A DNA stretch of 64,000 nt from Hydractinia symbiolongicarpus (Eukaryota), in the NCBI RefSeq assembly GCF_029227915.1, contig NC_079880.1, forward strand, positions 19,579,855 to 19,643,854, in the 5' to 3' direction. The notes under the pieces are model-generated. The model had not been told where the DNA came from. It made no database searches and saw only the letters and a list, made by a program, of their open reading frames with translations. Below, one piece after another: positions 11,944-24,200 of the stretch; the first letter of the stretch is position 1; each line of letters begins with the position of its first letter. The position numbers were made by a program, and so were the translations under genes.

Positions 11944-13250
11944 ATTCCTGGTTCTGTGACTTCACTGAGAAAAAAAGACTATGGCACAGGTAGGTTAGTA
12001 TGAAATGTATATTTACATAATGATTAAAACCGCCCAGAATTTTGCTATTGTTTTTTCTCCTTTCTAAAGTGGCCATAACGACTTTTAAAATCAGAAAAAA
12101 TGTTCTTCACATAATGAGTTATTAAAGTATTTTTCCGACTATATGTTCATATTTTTTTCTATTGTAACACTCTTATCACAATTTTATAGCTAAATACTAT
12201 CATCTTTCACTAAAAATATTCAGGTTTGGCAATTTCCCTTTAAATTCAAAATGTCAGAAGTATATAATTATTTTCTGCCAAGTTTCTATAGGTGCTTGTA
12301 AAACAATACAGAAAAATTACATAATTATTATAGAGAGAAGTTAATAACTACAAAGTATCACTAACATAGAATTTATCGATCATGTTTTTGTATAGTGTTT
12401 CAACTTCTGATACCATTTTTGTTTTCTTTAAAATTTTCAACAGAATTAAACCAAAGTCCATAAACAAAAGGTAATAAAAAGAGTAGGTAGGTAGTATAAA
12501 GTTAGCTCGTAAAAGCTATTTTTTTTCTTGTTTATTATACATTTTTAACTGTTAATCTCTGCTGACTAATTCAAATAACAAGTTAAATTCATTTTTTTTT
12601 AAAATAGTAATAAAAAAATTGTATGCAGAAAGCACTGAGTAAATAATGCAGTATGGACAGCTAATGAAGGGTTACTGCCACCTTAAACAAATAAGATACT
12701 CAACTAGTTAGCAATGTTGGAATTAGTTAAATTATGAATGTCAAGCACGAAATACAAAATTCGTGATTTACTTGTGAAACCATAAGTATCTAATTTCAAA
12801 CAGGTGTCTTTTTGTATGACGTACCCACGAAAAAAAGGATACTTATATTTACACATACACGAAGTATGAAATCAAGTTTGCACCTCTTTATTTTTAGTTG
12901 GTCATAAATTTTGACATTTAAACTTTCGCGAAAAACAAAAATTTCTTTGTCATGGGCAAGTTAGATAAAGAAATATTACACCTGGAATAAAGAAATGTTC
13001 TAAAAAGATAGGGACAGTATTTTTCCTAATATAAACTTTTGGAACAGACATAAATTAGCGTTTTTCTTGTTGTTTGTAATGCTGCGTGACCAATTAATTT
13101 TCATAAAAAACAATTAAGAGTTAAGAACTATAACTAAGGTTTTTTCATTTGTCATAAAATTTATTGTGTTTTAAGTGTACTAACTATAAATATAGTTTGA
13201 GTCTTTTACATTAAACCAAATCGATACTCAGAAAAAACCCTTGAAACTAC

Positions 13251-13359
13251 CTTGACAGAAAGCAGATCCTCAAGTATCATTTCTCTCATTCGTTCAAGAT
13301 GCTTCACCAGCCACATTTTATCGTCTTTATCTTGAAGCTCAATTTGATTGCTATCAAAT
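13251..13359 (-). CDS. EXOC3: EXOC3 exon 10
   Basis: Acceptor tttgcag, donor GTAGTT. Peptide (R)FDSNQIELQDKDDKMWLVKHLERMREMILEDLLSVK matches human ..[30 protein letters not shown]. Confidence 0.85.
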
Positions 13360-13704
13360 CTGCAAAACACGGAAGATACAGAATTTGATACCAGCTTATA
13401 ACAATTTGACAATCAGAAAAAATCGATTTCAATTGCCAGTTTCGGTTTCACTTGTAGTGAAATGACAAGCTCCAATGCAGTAGATAATTATGTAAAAAAA
13501 GATGAAACAAAATAGAGTAGATTAATAATAGAGTAACTCATTAGGGTAACTGTTTCCTCTTTTCACACATTAAGGATTTTTTTTTACAGAACCAACTTCC
13601 TCCCTAGACTTTAAAGATGATAACACATTTCACTCCTGTATTAAGTTGACAGAAATCCTACACCATTTTATGACAATTCAGTGCTGCAAAATGCTATAAC
13701 AAAC

Positions 13705-13818
13705 CTTCGGTCAACACTCTTCCGGATAGATGCAATACATCTACCTTTCCAAGAATTTGGACGACCAGGGGGTAAAAATTTTGTTTTCTTTTCTTGTTCC
13801 AAAGCTCTTTGGTCACAT
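13705..13818 (-). CDS. EXOC3: EXOC3 exon 9
   Basis: Acceptor ttctttag, donor GTTTGT. Peptide (R)CDQRALEQEKKTKFLPPGRPNSWKGRCIASIRKSVDR matches human IDRRILDRKKQTGFVPPGRPKNWKEKMFTILERTVTTR. Confidence 0.8.
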
Positions 13819-13888
13819 CTAAAGAAAAATTATGCCTTATATATTAAACAAAAATAAATAAGGAGAAAAAAAGAACAACATGTACCAC

Positions 13889-13998
13889 CTCTCTTCTCGT
13901 TCAATTATTCTCAATGAAGAGACAAGTTCCAATGGTTTACTTCTTGCAAATGATAATGTGCGATCAATTATTGTCATGATTTGCTTTAATAATGCATT
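13889..13998 (-). CDS. EXOC3: EXOC3 exon 8
   Basis: Acceptor ttccag, donor GTGGTA. Peptide NALLKQIMTIIDRTLSFARSKPLELVSSLRIIEREE matches human ..[35 protein letters not shown]. Confidence 0.8.
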
Positions 13999-14996
13999 CT
14001 GGAATTAAACAAAAAATAAAGAAATCCCACATTATGCAGTCTAACAAATGGAGTAACATCCATCTTGGAGTAAAATCTATTCTTAAATTGACATGCAGCA
14101 TACACCAATTGCACATTTTAACATGCACAGACTAAGAAACAACCTATAATACTAAATAAAAAGCCTTAAAATTTGAGAAACGGTGTCACATTCATGTGTG
14201 CAGTGCTTAAAATCATTTAACACTACAAACCCATACAAATAAGTTAGGGTCGATTGATAACAATGACAAGTTGACAATTTTAAAATGCATATGCGAAATC
14301 AAAACTGCAAAAGTGATTGCTTGTGGAGACAGCCCTGTTACACTGTTTTTGCTGTTGCAAGATGTGTCTGTTGCATGAAATCTAATCAAATATTGATGGC
14401 CATTATCTGCCTATTTGTCCATGCAAAAATGGCCAGTAAAAAATTGTTAAAGCTTGCTAGAGTATTTTTAAATACTTGCCATATGCAATTTAGCGAAAAG
14501 CACATTGTCAAAAAGCCCTTGTAATTTAGCAACACGCAACGTCGTCAAAAATTAGAGGGAGCAAATCAAAATTGTCTCCGCAGCTCTGGGCAATTAGTTT
14601 TGTTTACAGAGTCGATTTTTAGCATTTTAAATGCACTTGCAAACAAAGGCAAGAGAAAATGACTAATTCCACAATACCTTTGGTTGGTGGTTACATTTAA
14701 TTTTTATTGAATAAGCATTTTGTTAATTTTCTGTGTTGAATCAAATTTAACTAATGAAAAAAAGTACATCAGCAAAAATTCTTTAGTTGCTTTGTTCCTA
14801 TAAAATTTTCTGTACTTAAATTGAGAAATTAAATTTTATTAATCAGAAAACTTACTGAGAGATTTGAAACTTCATCAAAGTACATGTATAATGGCTAAAA
14901 GATAAAAAGATAAGATAAAAAGATATGCATCTAATATTAGGTTGTAAAAAATTCCACTGTGTAAATTTTTTAAACAATAACAAAAACATTACTCAC

Positions 14997-15093
14997 TGAT
15001 TGGGCAATTTTTTCATCTCTGTTTTCATCGTCTTCTGAAATTTTGAAAACTTCATAAAGCAGATCATCTCGAGTGGATTCTAATTCCATTATA
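14997..15093 (-). CDS. EXOC3: EXOC3 exon 7
   Basis: Acceptor ttcttag, donor GTGAGT. Peptide NIMELESTRDDLLYEVFKISEDDENRDEKIAQS matches human LMDLECSRDGLMYEQYRMDSGNTRDMTL. Confidence 0.8.
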
Positions 15094-15229
15094 CTAAGAA
15101 ATCAAAGAAGCAGGCAAGAATATATTATGTTACTTAAAAATACCGCATCTAGCCAACTTATGAGCCTAGGGGGATAGAAAGTTTTGGATTAAGAAAAAGA
15201 AATTCTAAAAAAAAATAAAGCCATCTTAC

Positions 15230-15309
15230 TTTTTGTGAGCTTGCAATAATTTTCCATCTTTAATCAGCTGTTTAGTTGTTTTGATCGTTTCGGGTACATT
15301 GAAAATCAA
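15230..15309 (-). CDS. EXOC3: EXOC3 exon 6
   Basis: Peptide LIFNVPETIKTTKQLIKDGKLLQAHK matches human NIFSVPEIVRETQDLIEQGALLQAHRK. Donor GTAAGA. Confidence 0.75.
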
Positions 15310-15491
15310 CTTTAGATGTGAGTTTGTTTTTGCTAACTATATAAATTAGGTAAAAAAATTAATAAATGAAGTTTATTATATATATGCATTATATAAATCT
15401 TTAAAATATTTTAAAGAAAGTCAGATACAACAGTATCATGCCTGTTCATAAAAGTAAACAAATGCAATATTTACAAAATGTTGTTACATAC

Positions 15492-15582
15492 TCTAGTATG
15501 GTTTTCGTGAGCAATTTGAACTTTTTTTAATTTTGTATTTAGTGGTTCACATTCATTAAATATTTCGGAAACTTCAGACAGC
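15492..15582 (-). CDS. EXOC3: EXOC3 exon 5
   Basis: Acceptor ttatag, donor GTATGT. Peptide LLSEVSEIFNECEPLNTKLKKVQIAHENHTR aligns with human SLADVSKDW..SLKDVKDAVVQHSQL. Confidence 0.55.
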
Positions 15583-15767
15583 CTATAATAAAGAATTTAT
15601 CAATCAAAACAAATGCATGACAAAGAACACATGAGACAAGTATGAGGGTATATCTATGCAATATTAAGCTAAGTAAATTCCCACTTGTTTTCCTATTTTC
15701 ATTTTAATCAACCCTAATGAACCTTTAAGTGACATATATGTGCAACTTTCGACTTAATTACACTTAC

Positions 15768-15800
15768 AGTTTCTTTATGTGACCAATATCATCTTGAGAG
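15768..15800 (-). CDS. EXOC3: EXOC3 exon 4 (small)
   Basis: Acceptor ttacag, donor GTAAGT. Peptide (S)SQDDIGHIKK is comparable to human NALNDVKDIQQ. Phase 2 in, 2 out. Confidence 0.5.
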
Positions 15801-16296
15801 CTGTAACATAAAAATACAATGTATAATACAATATCAATGTCAATGGCAGATTGTTAATAAAAAGCAGCAAATTTACTGTGCCTTATTCTCAGGACTTTCA
15901 ACGTTAAGTAAAAAAAGGGAATCAACCTAATAATTTGTTATAAATATTTTACACCTTCTTCACTACAAAGTTCTATTTTTTATTATTATTATTTTTTTTT
16001 TATTGTTTTTAACACAGATTATATTACGAAATTTTCAATCCCTAAAAGCTTTGTCAAAAGTTTAAGATTGTTTTTTACACTTCTATATGAACTAGCTACC
16101 AATGCACTGCAATTTTAGTCGACATGTCAGCAACTAGAGCTAATTTAATCAGAAATAAATTGATATTGTGAAGACGAATGCAATATCTTTTCTTCGTTTT
16201 GTTATGAAATGCCTTTTTTTCTTTTTTTTTCTATTAAATAAATTCTGCCAACTTTTTTATGCAGAAGTGGATTGATTTACAGTTACTATAGCCAAC

Positions 16297-16376
16297 CTGT
16301 TTAGTTCCTGCAAGCCTGAACGAATGCCGTCTATTTGTGACTGAACAGCTGTTTTTAACCTTGAGTCAACTGCAGC
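16297..16376 (-). CDS. EXOC3: EXOC3 exon 3
   Basis: Peptide AAVDSRLKTAVQSQIDGIRSGLQELN matches human [25 protein letters not shown]. Acceptor ttag, donor GTTGGC, phase 2 out. Confidence 0.8.
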
Positions 16377-16490
16377 CTAAACAGAAAAAAAACAATATAC
16401 AGTGCCAGAAAATGGTGTATTCTCTCACCCTAATGTTATCACAATACTACAACAAAAATAATAAATATATATTACAATTTAATTGCATAC

Positions 16491-16547
16491 CTTGTTTCGA
16501 AGAACTTTGCGTCGTATTTGTCCAACTTTATCCAACTGATCAGGAGT
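16491..16547 (-). CDS. EXOC3: EXOC3 exon 2
   Basis: Acceptor ttcttttcttcag, donor GTATGC. Peptide TPDQLDKVGQIRRKVLRNK matches human RPDQLDKVEQYRRREARKK. Confidence 0.8.
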
Positions 16548-16627
16548 CTGAAGAAAAGAATTCAAAATACATAATTGTGATTCCACAAAAAGAAATATCT
16601 TTCTCAGATAGAATACTCTATACCCAC

Positions 16628-16702
16628 CGTTAAACAACCAGCTATGTATTTTGAAGCCTTTAAAAGAGCATCAGCCTTTGCTGTTTCAATATCTTCAGCC
16701 AT
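16628..16702 (-). CDS. EXOC3: EXOC3 (Sec6) exon 1, start codon at 16702
   Basis: Minus-strand ATG; peptide MAEDIETAKADALLKASKYIAGCLT; donor GTGGGT. It aligns to the human EXOC3 N-terminus (..AVATAVQRVAGMLQ..). Exon phases are consistent through the whole model. Confidence 0.75.
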
Positions 16703-17146
16703 GATTTACTGTTTTTAAATCCAAAATAACATTAGTACCTGCCTAAATTCAAACTGCAATAGAATCAGGCTGTAAATATGGATAAAAATGGTGTGTGGCC
16801 TATAGAACTACGCCTTAACATGAGCAATTTTTCACTTTTCTAGTTTTGTGTTTGAAGAAAATGTTTTCTTAGTTATTACAACCCATGCAATGTCTTTCAT
16901 CACACACAGTACTCTAATTCCTGATAGAAAATTGAGAAACTATTAGAAAAGCATGTTTTGCTGTCTAGGTACAAAAAAGAGACAACAGGCTCTGGAAAGG
17001 AGGTTGGAAATTGACAAACTAACTACAGTGCAAATTACAGTCATTTCTAAATTTTCAAAGGTTCAGCTTCACAAAATCTATATGTTGTGTGAGGTCAGTG
17101 CAGGAGAAGTGTTGAACAGGTTTGCTCTATAACTTGGTATATATAC

Positions 17147-18412
17147 GTCTCATTTGCAGTCTTGGTCATGAATATTTGCACCCGCGTGTGTACCTTTACA
17201 CTAATACAGGCGTGCGATCAGTATCGCACGCTTAGCTTATGATTTTGGCGTGCAATTATTACATTCAGGAGAGCGGCAGCGTGGAGTTTTTGAAGCATAG
17301 TAGTTAGCAAAAAAATTGCCGACGTAATTTTGTTGTGAAATTTAAATGAATAGTGTTATTATGAAGAACGTAAGGTATAGAGAACATTAAAGTTGGCTCC
17401 TTTTCTTCATGCTGACACTCTTATGCTCAACTGGTGCATTACACTGAGACTCGAACGAAAGACGAAAAACCATTTAGAACCATGCCACAAGTCAGTCCGA
17501 CCTTCATTGTCACAGAGAATACTGCAAGAAGAGTGCGCACCCATGCAAGTTAAATATAACCAGAACATGGGAGAGGTTAGGTGTCCTGTACCTTAATACA
17601 GATTTCGGACGAATGTTCTTGTAATGTAATAATACAAAAGAGAAAACATGTTCAATAAAGTTTAAAAAATCATTTTAAAAGGAGATAGAGAAATCAAATA
17701 TGTTTAGTAATAATAATCGAAAAAAATTGTATATCGTATTAAAAAGAAGTCCAAAAGTTCTGTCTCCCACACGACACAGCAGGCAATAAGTCAGCCCTGC
17801 CCTTGGTTTTGTAAGAAGAGATGTTCTGCGAAGACTCTATCAATTGAGTCTCCTGTACAGTTTTGCTTTGCATTGAACTGTGCCTGTGACAAGCATTTTC
17901 GAAGCATGACGACTTCTGCGATATTCAACTTAATGATGCCCTGACCTTCAGTTTGTAAATGGCACGTGTACAACTTATTTCCTAATCAGTTTATCTTAAA
18001 ACATAGAGAGCTAGTTGGGACAGAACTATTAACTTAAGAAGTACACCATTGGGAAGGTAGGTCAATAGGACTTGCATTTCATTTCTATTTGTCATCGTCC
18101 TAAGGAGAGCAATACAAGGTTAATGACGAAATTTTTTGCCAGCTGAAAAACAAATCTCACGTCAGCAATTTTAATGAAGGTGGGTATTTAATAGAAATAC
18201 ATTTTAGAGATACATTTTAACGCGAAAGAACAATTATATGTATTGGGTAAAATTTGGGTGAGGGGTTACTCTAATATAGCTCACTTCTGCTTGGCGTGTG
18301 TACGAAGTAGAACAAGGCGTGTGATAAAGAGCACGCCCGAATTTCACATGGCGTGTGTGGAAGCGTGCGCGTGCGATCGCTAGCCATTTATGATCAAGAC
18401 TGCATTTGTTTA
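17147..18412. mobile_element. Candidate TIR-bounded non-autonomous element (~1.26 kb)
   Basis: Imperfect ~25-bp inverted termini: CGTCTCATTTGCAGTCTTGGTCATGAATA at 17147, versus TTATGATCAAGACTGCATTTG at 18388-18408 (reverse complement CAAATGCAGTCTTGATCATAA). GCGTGTGTAC-rich subterminal regions occur at both ends. Confidence 0.3.
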
Positions 18413-18534
18413 TATTTTTGCTTGCATGCTGAAGTATAGTTTGTTTCAGAGAGGAAAGTTGCTATATTATATACTGCTAAAAGTAGCATTTTTTTTAAAA
18501 AAAAGGAAAATAGAATGTTTATTTCTAAGTTATA

Positions 18535-18745
18535 TAGACCAGAAATTGGGGAAATGCCACAACGTGTAGGCCGCTGGATGTTGCAGAGAGTTGTCTGGTA
18601 GGACGATTCCCCCCATTGGGTCTCCTCTGTGGCTTAAATTGAGCATTAAATACTTTAGGACTTCCCATCTAAGCCATGGCCCCTCCTGGAAATAATAGAC
18701 AGGGCATATTCCTTGATATTTGTGATCTAGCCTTGTAAAATATGC
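18535..18745 (+). mobile_element. SINE copy (5'-truncated), same family as 30735-31060
   Basis: About 200 bp alignable to 30860-31060 (GGGGARATGCCAC..GTTGTCTGGTAG..CATTAAATACT..AGCCATGGCCC.TCCTGGAAATAATAGAC..GTAAAATATGCACATC). Confidence 0.6.
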
Positions 18746-21241
18746 ACATCTATCTATATACCACTTTCAACCACGCAGATGACAGAAGCCGAAAGAGCTC
18801 ACCAGCCAGCTAAAAAATTCATATTGGTGCAATATAGTTCTACACAAATAGGTGATACAGCATCAACAACAAAAACACTGAGTTGTTTCATCATATAGCT
18901 TGCTGGGCTAAATTCTGAAGTCATTATCAACCATTATCATCCCCATCATGTTGAAACCAAAAAGAAAAAATCAGGCCGGCTGGAAATGGTCACAAGAAAG
19001 TAAGAGCAGTCATTGAGTGTGGGAGGGGCATACTACCCTGCCTCATAAGAAAGGGTCCTGCATTTGCCAAGGTGGTTTTCTTCGTCTAAATTAATACCTA
19101 AAACTTATAAAAATTGGCGCAAATGCAAATGCTTTCTGCTCATCCACAAACAAAAAACGTCTATGTGCCAGGCGATTTTATCGCATTTTGTATGTACATA
19201 AATGGCCTGTCTTATAGCTTGTCCATTCTCCCGGCCTCATCCCCTGGGTCCCTTTGCTTTCCTAGCAATCGCTCATTAATTTTCATTAAAAGCCAAATTC
19301 TCTGGAATTGAAGTTAAAGCACACCCTACTTTCCCTTTCCAAGGATTTTTTCCCTTTTCAACTATAATTAATCTCGTTTAAAGAGCTTCTTTTTAGTAAA
19401 CGACAGAGCGTATTGACAGCGCGCAGCGCCGGAAGTGACGAGCACAAATAATTACAAAAAAAAGGCATAACCCCTTCCCCCTGCTCACCCCCCTCTCTCG
19501 CTTACTACGACAATGGGTACACAAGACTTTGTACGCTCGCACTAGAAGAAGCGAAAAAACGCCTAACAAAAAAACAACGCCTTCTTTAAATACATGGCGC
19601 ATACGCAGGGCGATTAGTGTACAACGTCTCTTTGTTGGTGGGTCTTCGTCATTCTTGTTTTAGATCTTGCGCAATAATGACGTAGCTAGTAATATATTTA
19701 TGCTCCATTAACTCCGCTTCTTACTATCGTCGAGGTCGGATACAAACTCGTGTTTACTTACTTACATCATGGAAATGAGCGAATCACAACCTGAAAAAAA
19801 GAACAAAAACTATATATGGTCGCTTTTGTAATACATCTGCAAAAACAACAGGATCAAACGATCAAATAGATCAGGTGCCCAACTTGAAGTCCTTAACAAA
19901 TCGCAAGATGATAGGGATGTTTTTCAAAGAGCTGGAAATGTGCTGACTGCACACAAGTCTTGCTATCTAAAATGCCATCTAAAACAACATAAATGCAACA
20001 AACGGAAAACGACGGTCCTATGTATGTTGCTTCAGCTCACGCAAATTCCTTTAAGCCTTGCTGTTTGAGCTACTGAAAGGTTAAAACAAGCATGTCAACT
20101 GCAGAGGCTGTGAAACCTAAGGAGATGGTTATCAATAAGCGCCAAGCAGTAAATTCTGCAATACAGAAAGACGACGCGCTTCTCCTACTACAAAAATGCA
20201 CATAGGGATTCGTAGACAAGGTTATAGGAAAGACATATGGCGAGTATATTCAACAAAAGCTACATGATAATAGAACGAAAAAATACATAACACTCTCTGC
20301 GTATGTAGTCAACATGTATGCGAGAATTGTTACAGGAAATTTCGTCAATCTCGACAGCGTGGAAGGTCTAAAGTACAAAATACAGAAAGGTCCCATTACC
20401 AGATCGGGAATTCTTATGTTCGGTACGTTGGTTAAATTTCCTGCTTCTTTAATGCTACTGGAACAGGCAACATTGTGAAGAACAGCGTATAATTAAAAGT
20501 TGGCGAAGCATCAATGTAGAGTAGCCACAAATTCGCGGCACTGATAAAAAGGAAGAAGGAAGAACTATTTGCACAGTCTGCAACTATAAAGCGTGACAAG
20601 AGACGCTGTATAGTCCTCAGGCGCTACCTCTACTACGCCTAGAACTTCGCAGTCAAACACTGTGTATCTGTATATGGTATAAGAACTCTTGCTGTACTCG
20701 GATCGGTGTTGGCGTGTGGTAGAGCACCGCGCAAGAGAAACATTTCGCGCGACCACCTCTTGAATTCGCGCACGACGGAATCAGCTTCATGGCACATTCA
20801 GAATCTGCAGTGGACAGCTATAGAATTAGAATTGAGAGTATAGTAAATTAGCTTAAAGAAAGATGAAAGGTTGCTTACGCACAGTGGGTAAACGATCGTC
20901 AAGCAAAAATTGACTGGTTCACTGCGGAGGTAAGTACGTGAAAATTATTACATAGCTACGCTAGACAAAGTTCCTAAACTCCCTTCAGGAGAACAGAAAA
21001 ATAGCGAGCTCACGCTTGTCTCTTAATCCTCATCCCTCTTGGCATATGTCGCCTAGGGGGGAGAGGTAAAATGGATAGTGAAAACACGTCGTTTCACCAT
21101 CCAATAAAGCTGATAAAACCACAAGCAGATATCGTAACTGCAGAAAAAGCAAAGCAGCTGAGTATCAGCTATCACCAGCCAGAACACTTATAGACTAGAA
21201 GAAAAGCCATCAAAAAACTTTATAAGAAAAGACCTTTATGA

Positions 21242-21289
21242 GAAATAAAGGCTTCCAGTGTCGCAGGTACTGGAAGCCTTTATTTCTAG
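21242..21289. other. Perfect 19-bp inverted repeat with 10-nt spacer (hairpin)
   Basis: AGAAATAAAGGCTTCCAGT-gtcgcaggt a-CTGGAAGCCTTTATTTCT. Confidence 0.6.
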
Positions 21290-24200
21290 GTAAGGGTAAG
21301 GGTGTAAAGGTCAAGCGTGCTTCAACCAAGTATAATCATACTTTTACAGCGGTTGTTAAGTCGTTCTACAAGATCCTTGCTGACATGCTCTTTAAGTCAC
21401 AAGATGCACAAGAGTGCGACATAAATAAAAATGCGATAAAATGCTTGTACACTACGGTAAAGACTGAGATGATCAACAATATTATAAAATCAAAAAGGAT
21501 TTTTTCGTTTTAGTTCTTGGTAGACAGCAGGTGATCCTTTATTTTTATCTTTATTTTTGATATCTGCGTAAGAATCAAGCTTCTTGCCGAACGTACTTTT
21601 CATGTTTATTTAGGTGGAATATAATAAAAATAAATGTCGATTAATCCAGCGTATGATCCTAGGGACTTTGCACCTAAGAAAAACATTCCAGAAGGTTAGA
21701 GCTAGCCATGATGAGATGGGGGAGCTGGACTTGGAGGCTAACATTAGCTAGCTAACATTCCAGAGGATGATAAGCCGGACGATGGGTCTTTTAGTAGACC
21801 TGCGGCGATACCTGCAACTAGTTCAACACATACACAGACAAGTAACATATCCAAGACATGCAATGTTGCCTTTAAACTACGAGGGAAAGAACTCCTCTAT
21901 GATAATATAGAGATGAAAGACAATTGCGAATTTCGATCGACCAATGTGATAAAGCAAAAGCTAGAAAAATTACGCTTGCAGGCTACAAGCTTTATGGAGT
22001 TTACTAAACTAAATAAAGGACGCCAGGGTGACTCAAAAGTTTCTTAAAGATCTGGAAGATGCGCAAAGACACACTGATAAAATTGAGATGATGCCACTCT
22101 TTAGGAATGTTCTGGATAAGACAGAAAGCCTTCTGTCAGAGACATTATTTGCTTTTACGGAAAGAGAGCGAATAGGTGAAGCAACAGTAAAGAGACAAAG
22201 AGGCGAACAGGCGAAGAAAGCACGGCCTAGGATATCAGAAGAACAACAAGAGATAGAGAACGGCGACATCGCCAAGGACAAGGAGGATTTCGAACGATTG
22301 CACGATGAACGTGAATCAGCACGTGACGTGAACCAATCTACAGCTATTAAAGGGACAATCATGAAAATGATGGAAGGTGATAAATCACTCAGTTTTTTAT
22401 AAATAGCAACAAATGTGTTATTCCCTCTTGCATTCTTGATTCTGTTTAAAAAATACAATGTAGTTATTAAAAATTCTGGTGTAACGTTTTTTAGTTCTTT
22501 CTTCATTTTCAAATGTTGAAGATTTTTATTTCTTGCTTCAATGTTCTAATTTATTTTAAATGTCCACTTGAACAGTCTATAAGCGGACTGCTGTGCTTGC
22601 TACTGTTAAACATTTGACTTAAAATGTTGAAAGTCTCTGACTGGGTCATCCAGATATTCGGTGTATAAGGTTTTTAAGTTTCCAAAATGGTAAAATTGAA
22701 ATTGTATAATAATAATAACAATAATTAAATTTCGAGATCCTCAGTTGATTACTACCGTCATTAGAGTTTTCGGCCTCGTCCAAGTCTGGACTAAAAACTC
22801 TTCGTGGTAGCGGGCTATGTCATGGTAGGTATTCTCTTTTAGTTAGCAAAAACATTGTAAAAGCTTTACAACAAGCGTTTTCAACTCAGCGTTCCATTCT
22901 TCGTTTGTTTTTCCAAATTCAACTGATCTCAACCTACCAAGATTTGGTATCAACAATTTTTGTAAGAAATGTGCTTTTTATATAGCTTAAGGGCCGAAAC
23001 TACGGGTCGTACTACAGCTTTTGGTCAGAAATTTAGATTTTATCAATGAGTTAGAAAACTCGTCACCAGTATTTATTTTTGTTCGGACAATGTTATCTTG
23101 CACATTCTTTTTTTTTTGTGAACGATACAATATACACCGATACAATAATATACCAATGTTTATTTATCGGGTAAAAATATTAGTCCCCTGAGGTAGACAT
23201 TAAGTTCACCGCACCATGGCCGCACCAAATTTAAACTACTTTGACTCTCTGGTATAGGATCTTAATAAATTTATCGAAAAAGAAACAAACAACTGTACCC
23301 GTGCACAACGCCGAATCTAAGAAACCTATCTAAAAATAATGACATTATCTAGGTTAGTGTACAAGGATCATCGTAAAGTTGAGCAGTTTAACTTGTTTTA
23401 CAACAATACTTGATTGTTGTAGACATCTGTACTTCACTCACAAATGGACTACGCGCAATTCAAGATATCCAGGTCAACATCAATCGGCACGCGCATGGTA
23501 AGGTTAAGTCTCAAGTTAAGTCCTTTGATAACGACTTCTGCTGACTTGGGTTCGCTAAAGATACCTTAGACACGGTAACCATCGACCCTGAGTATAGAAG
23601 GCTTACGAAACTCTTGAACCTGATAATAAAAAGCTTATTATCAAAGGTGATTACGATGCTTTTTACGAGACTAAGAAGTATCTGCAGCTACGGCTCGTCT
23701 GTCCGCAGCTTCATCCTGAGCTATAAAAAGTCTAAGATACTTTGCTTTCTTTTTAAAGAAGCAACCTACGGAAGCTTATGGGGAATTTTGGCGCCTCTTT
23801 TTCGAACTTCCTCTAAAGGTTTCGACAGTTAGTACTGTGGGATGAGTTTCATATACTGACTAAAAAGCTTTCACAGCAAACACTATGCATTTCCTTATAG
23901 AATACAAATAATGCGCATGTATGAAGCTGTCTATCCAAAAGGTTAAGTACCTCTGTTTTGAAATAGTTTCTGTACTTAAAAAGATCAGGCCTATTCCGCC
24001 GTTACTTTGATCTCGATTAGGTACACCGCAACTTGCATTAAAAATACGACTTAAATTGGCACTATGCGTCAGAGCAATGTGGAGATGATAGATGTGCATA
24101 TTTCACATGACTAGACTCACAAATAGAAGGAAGCTAAGGGAAGGTAGGTAGAGGAAGTAGGTGGGTAGGAATGCCGATCAATACCTGAGATTTGCGTTGA

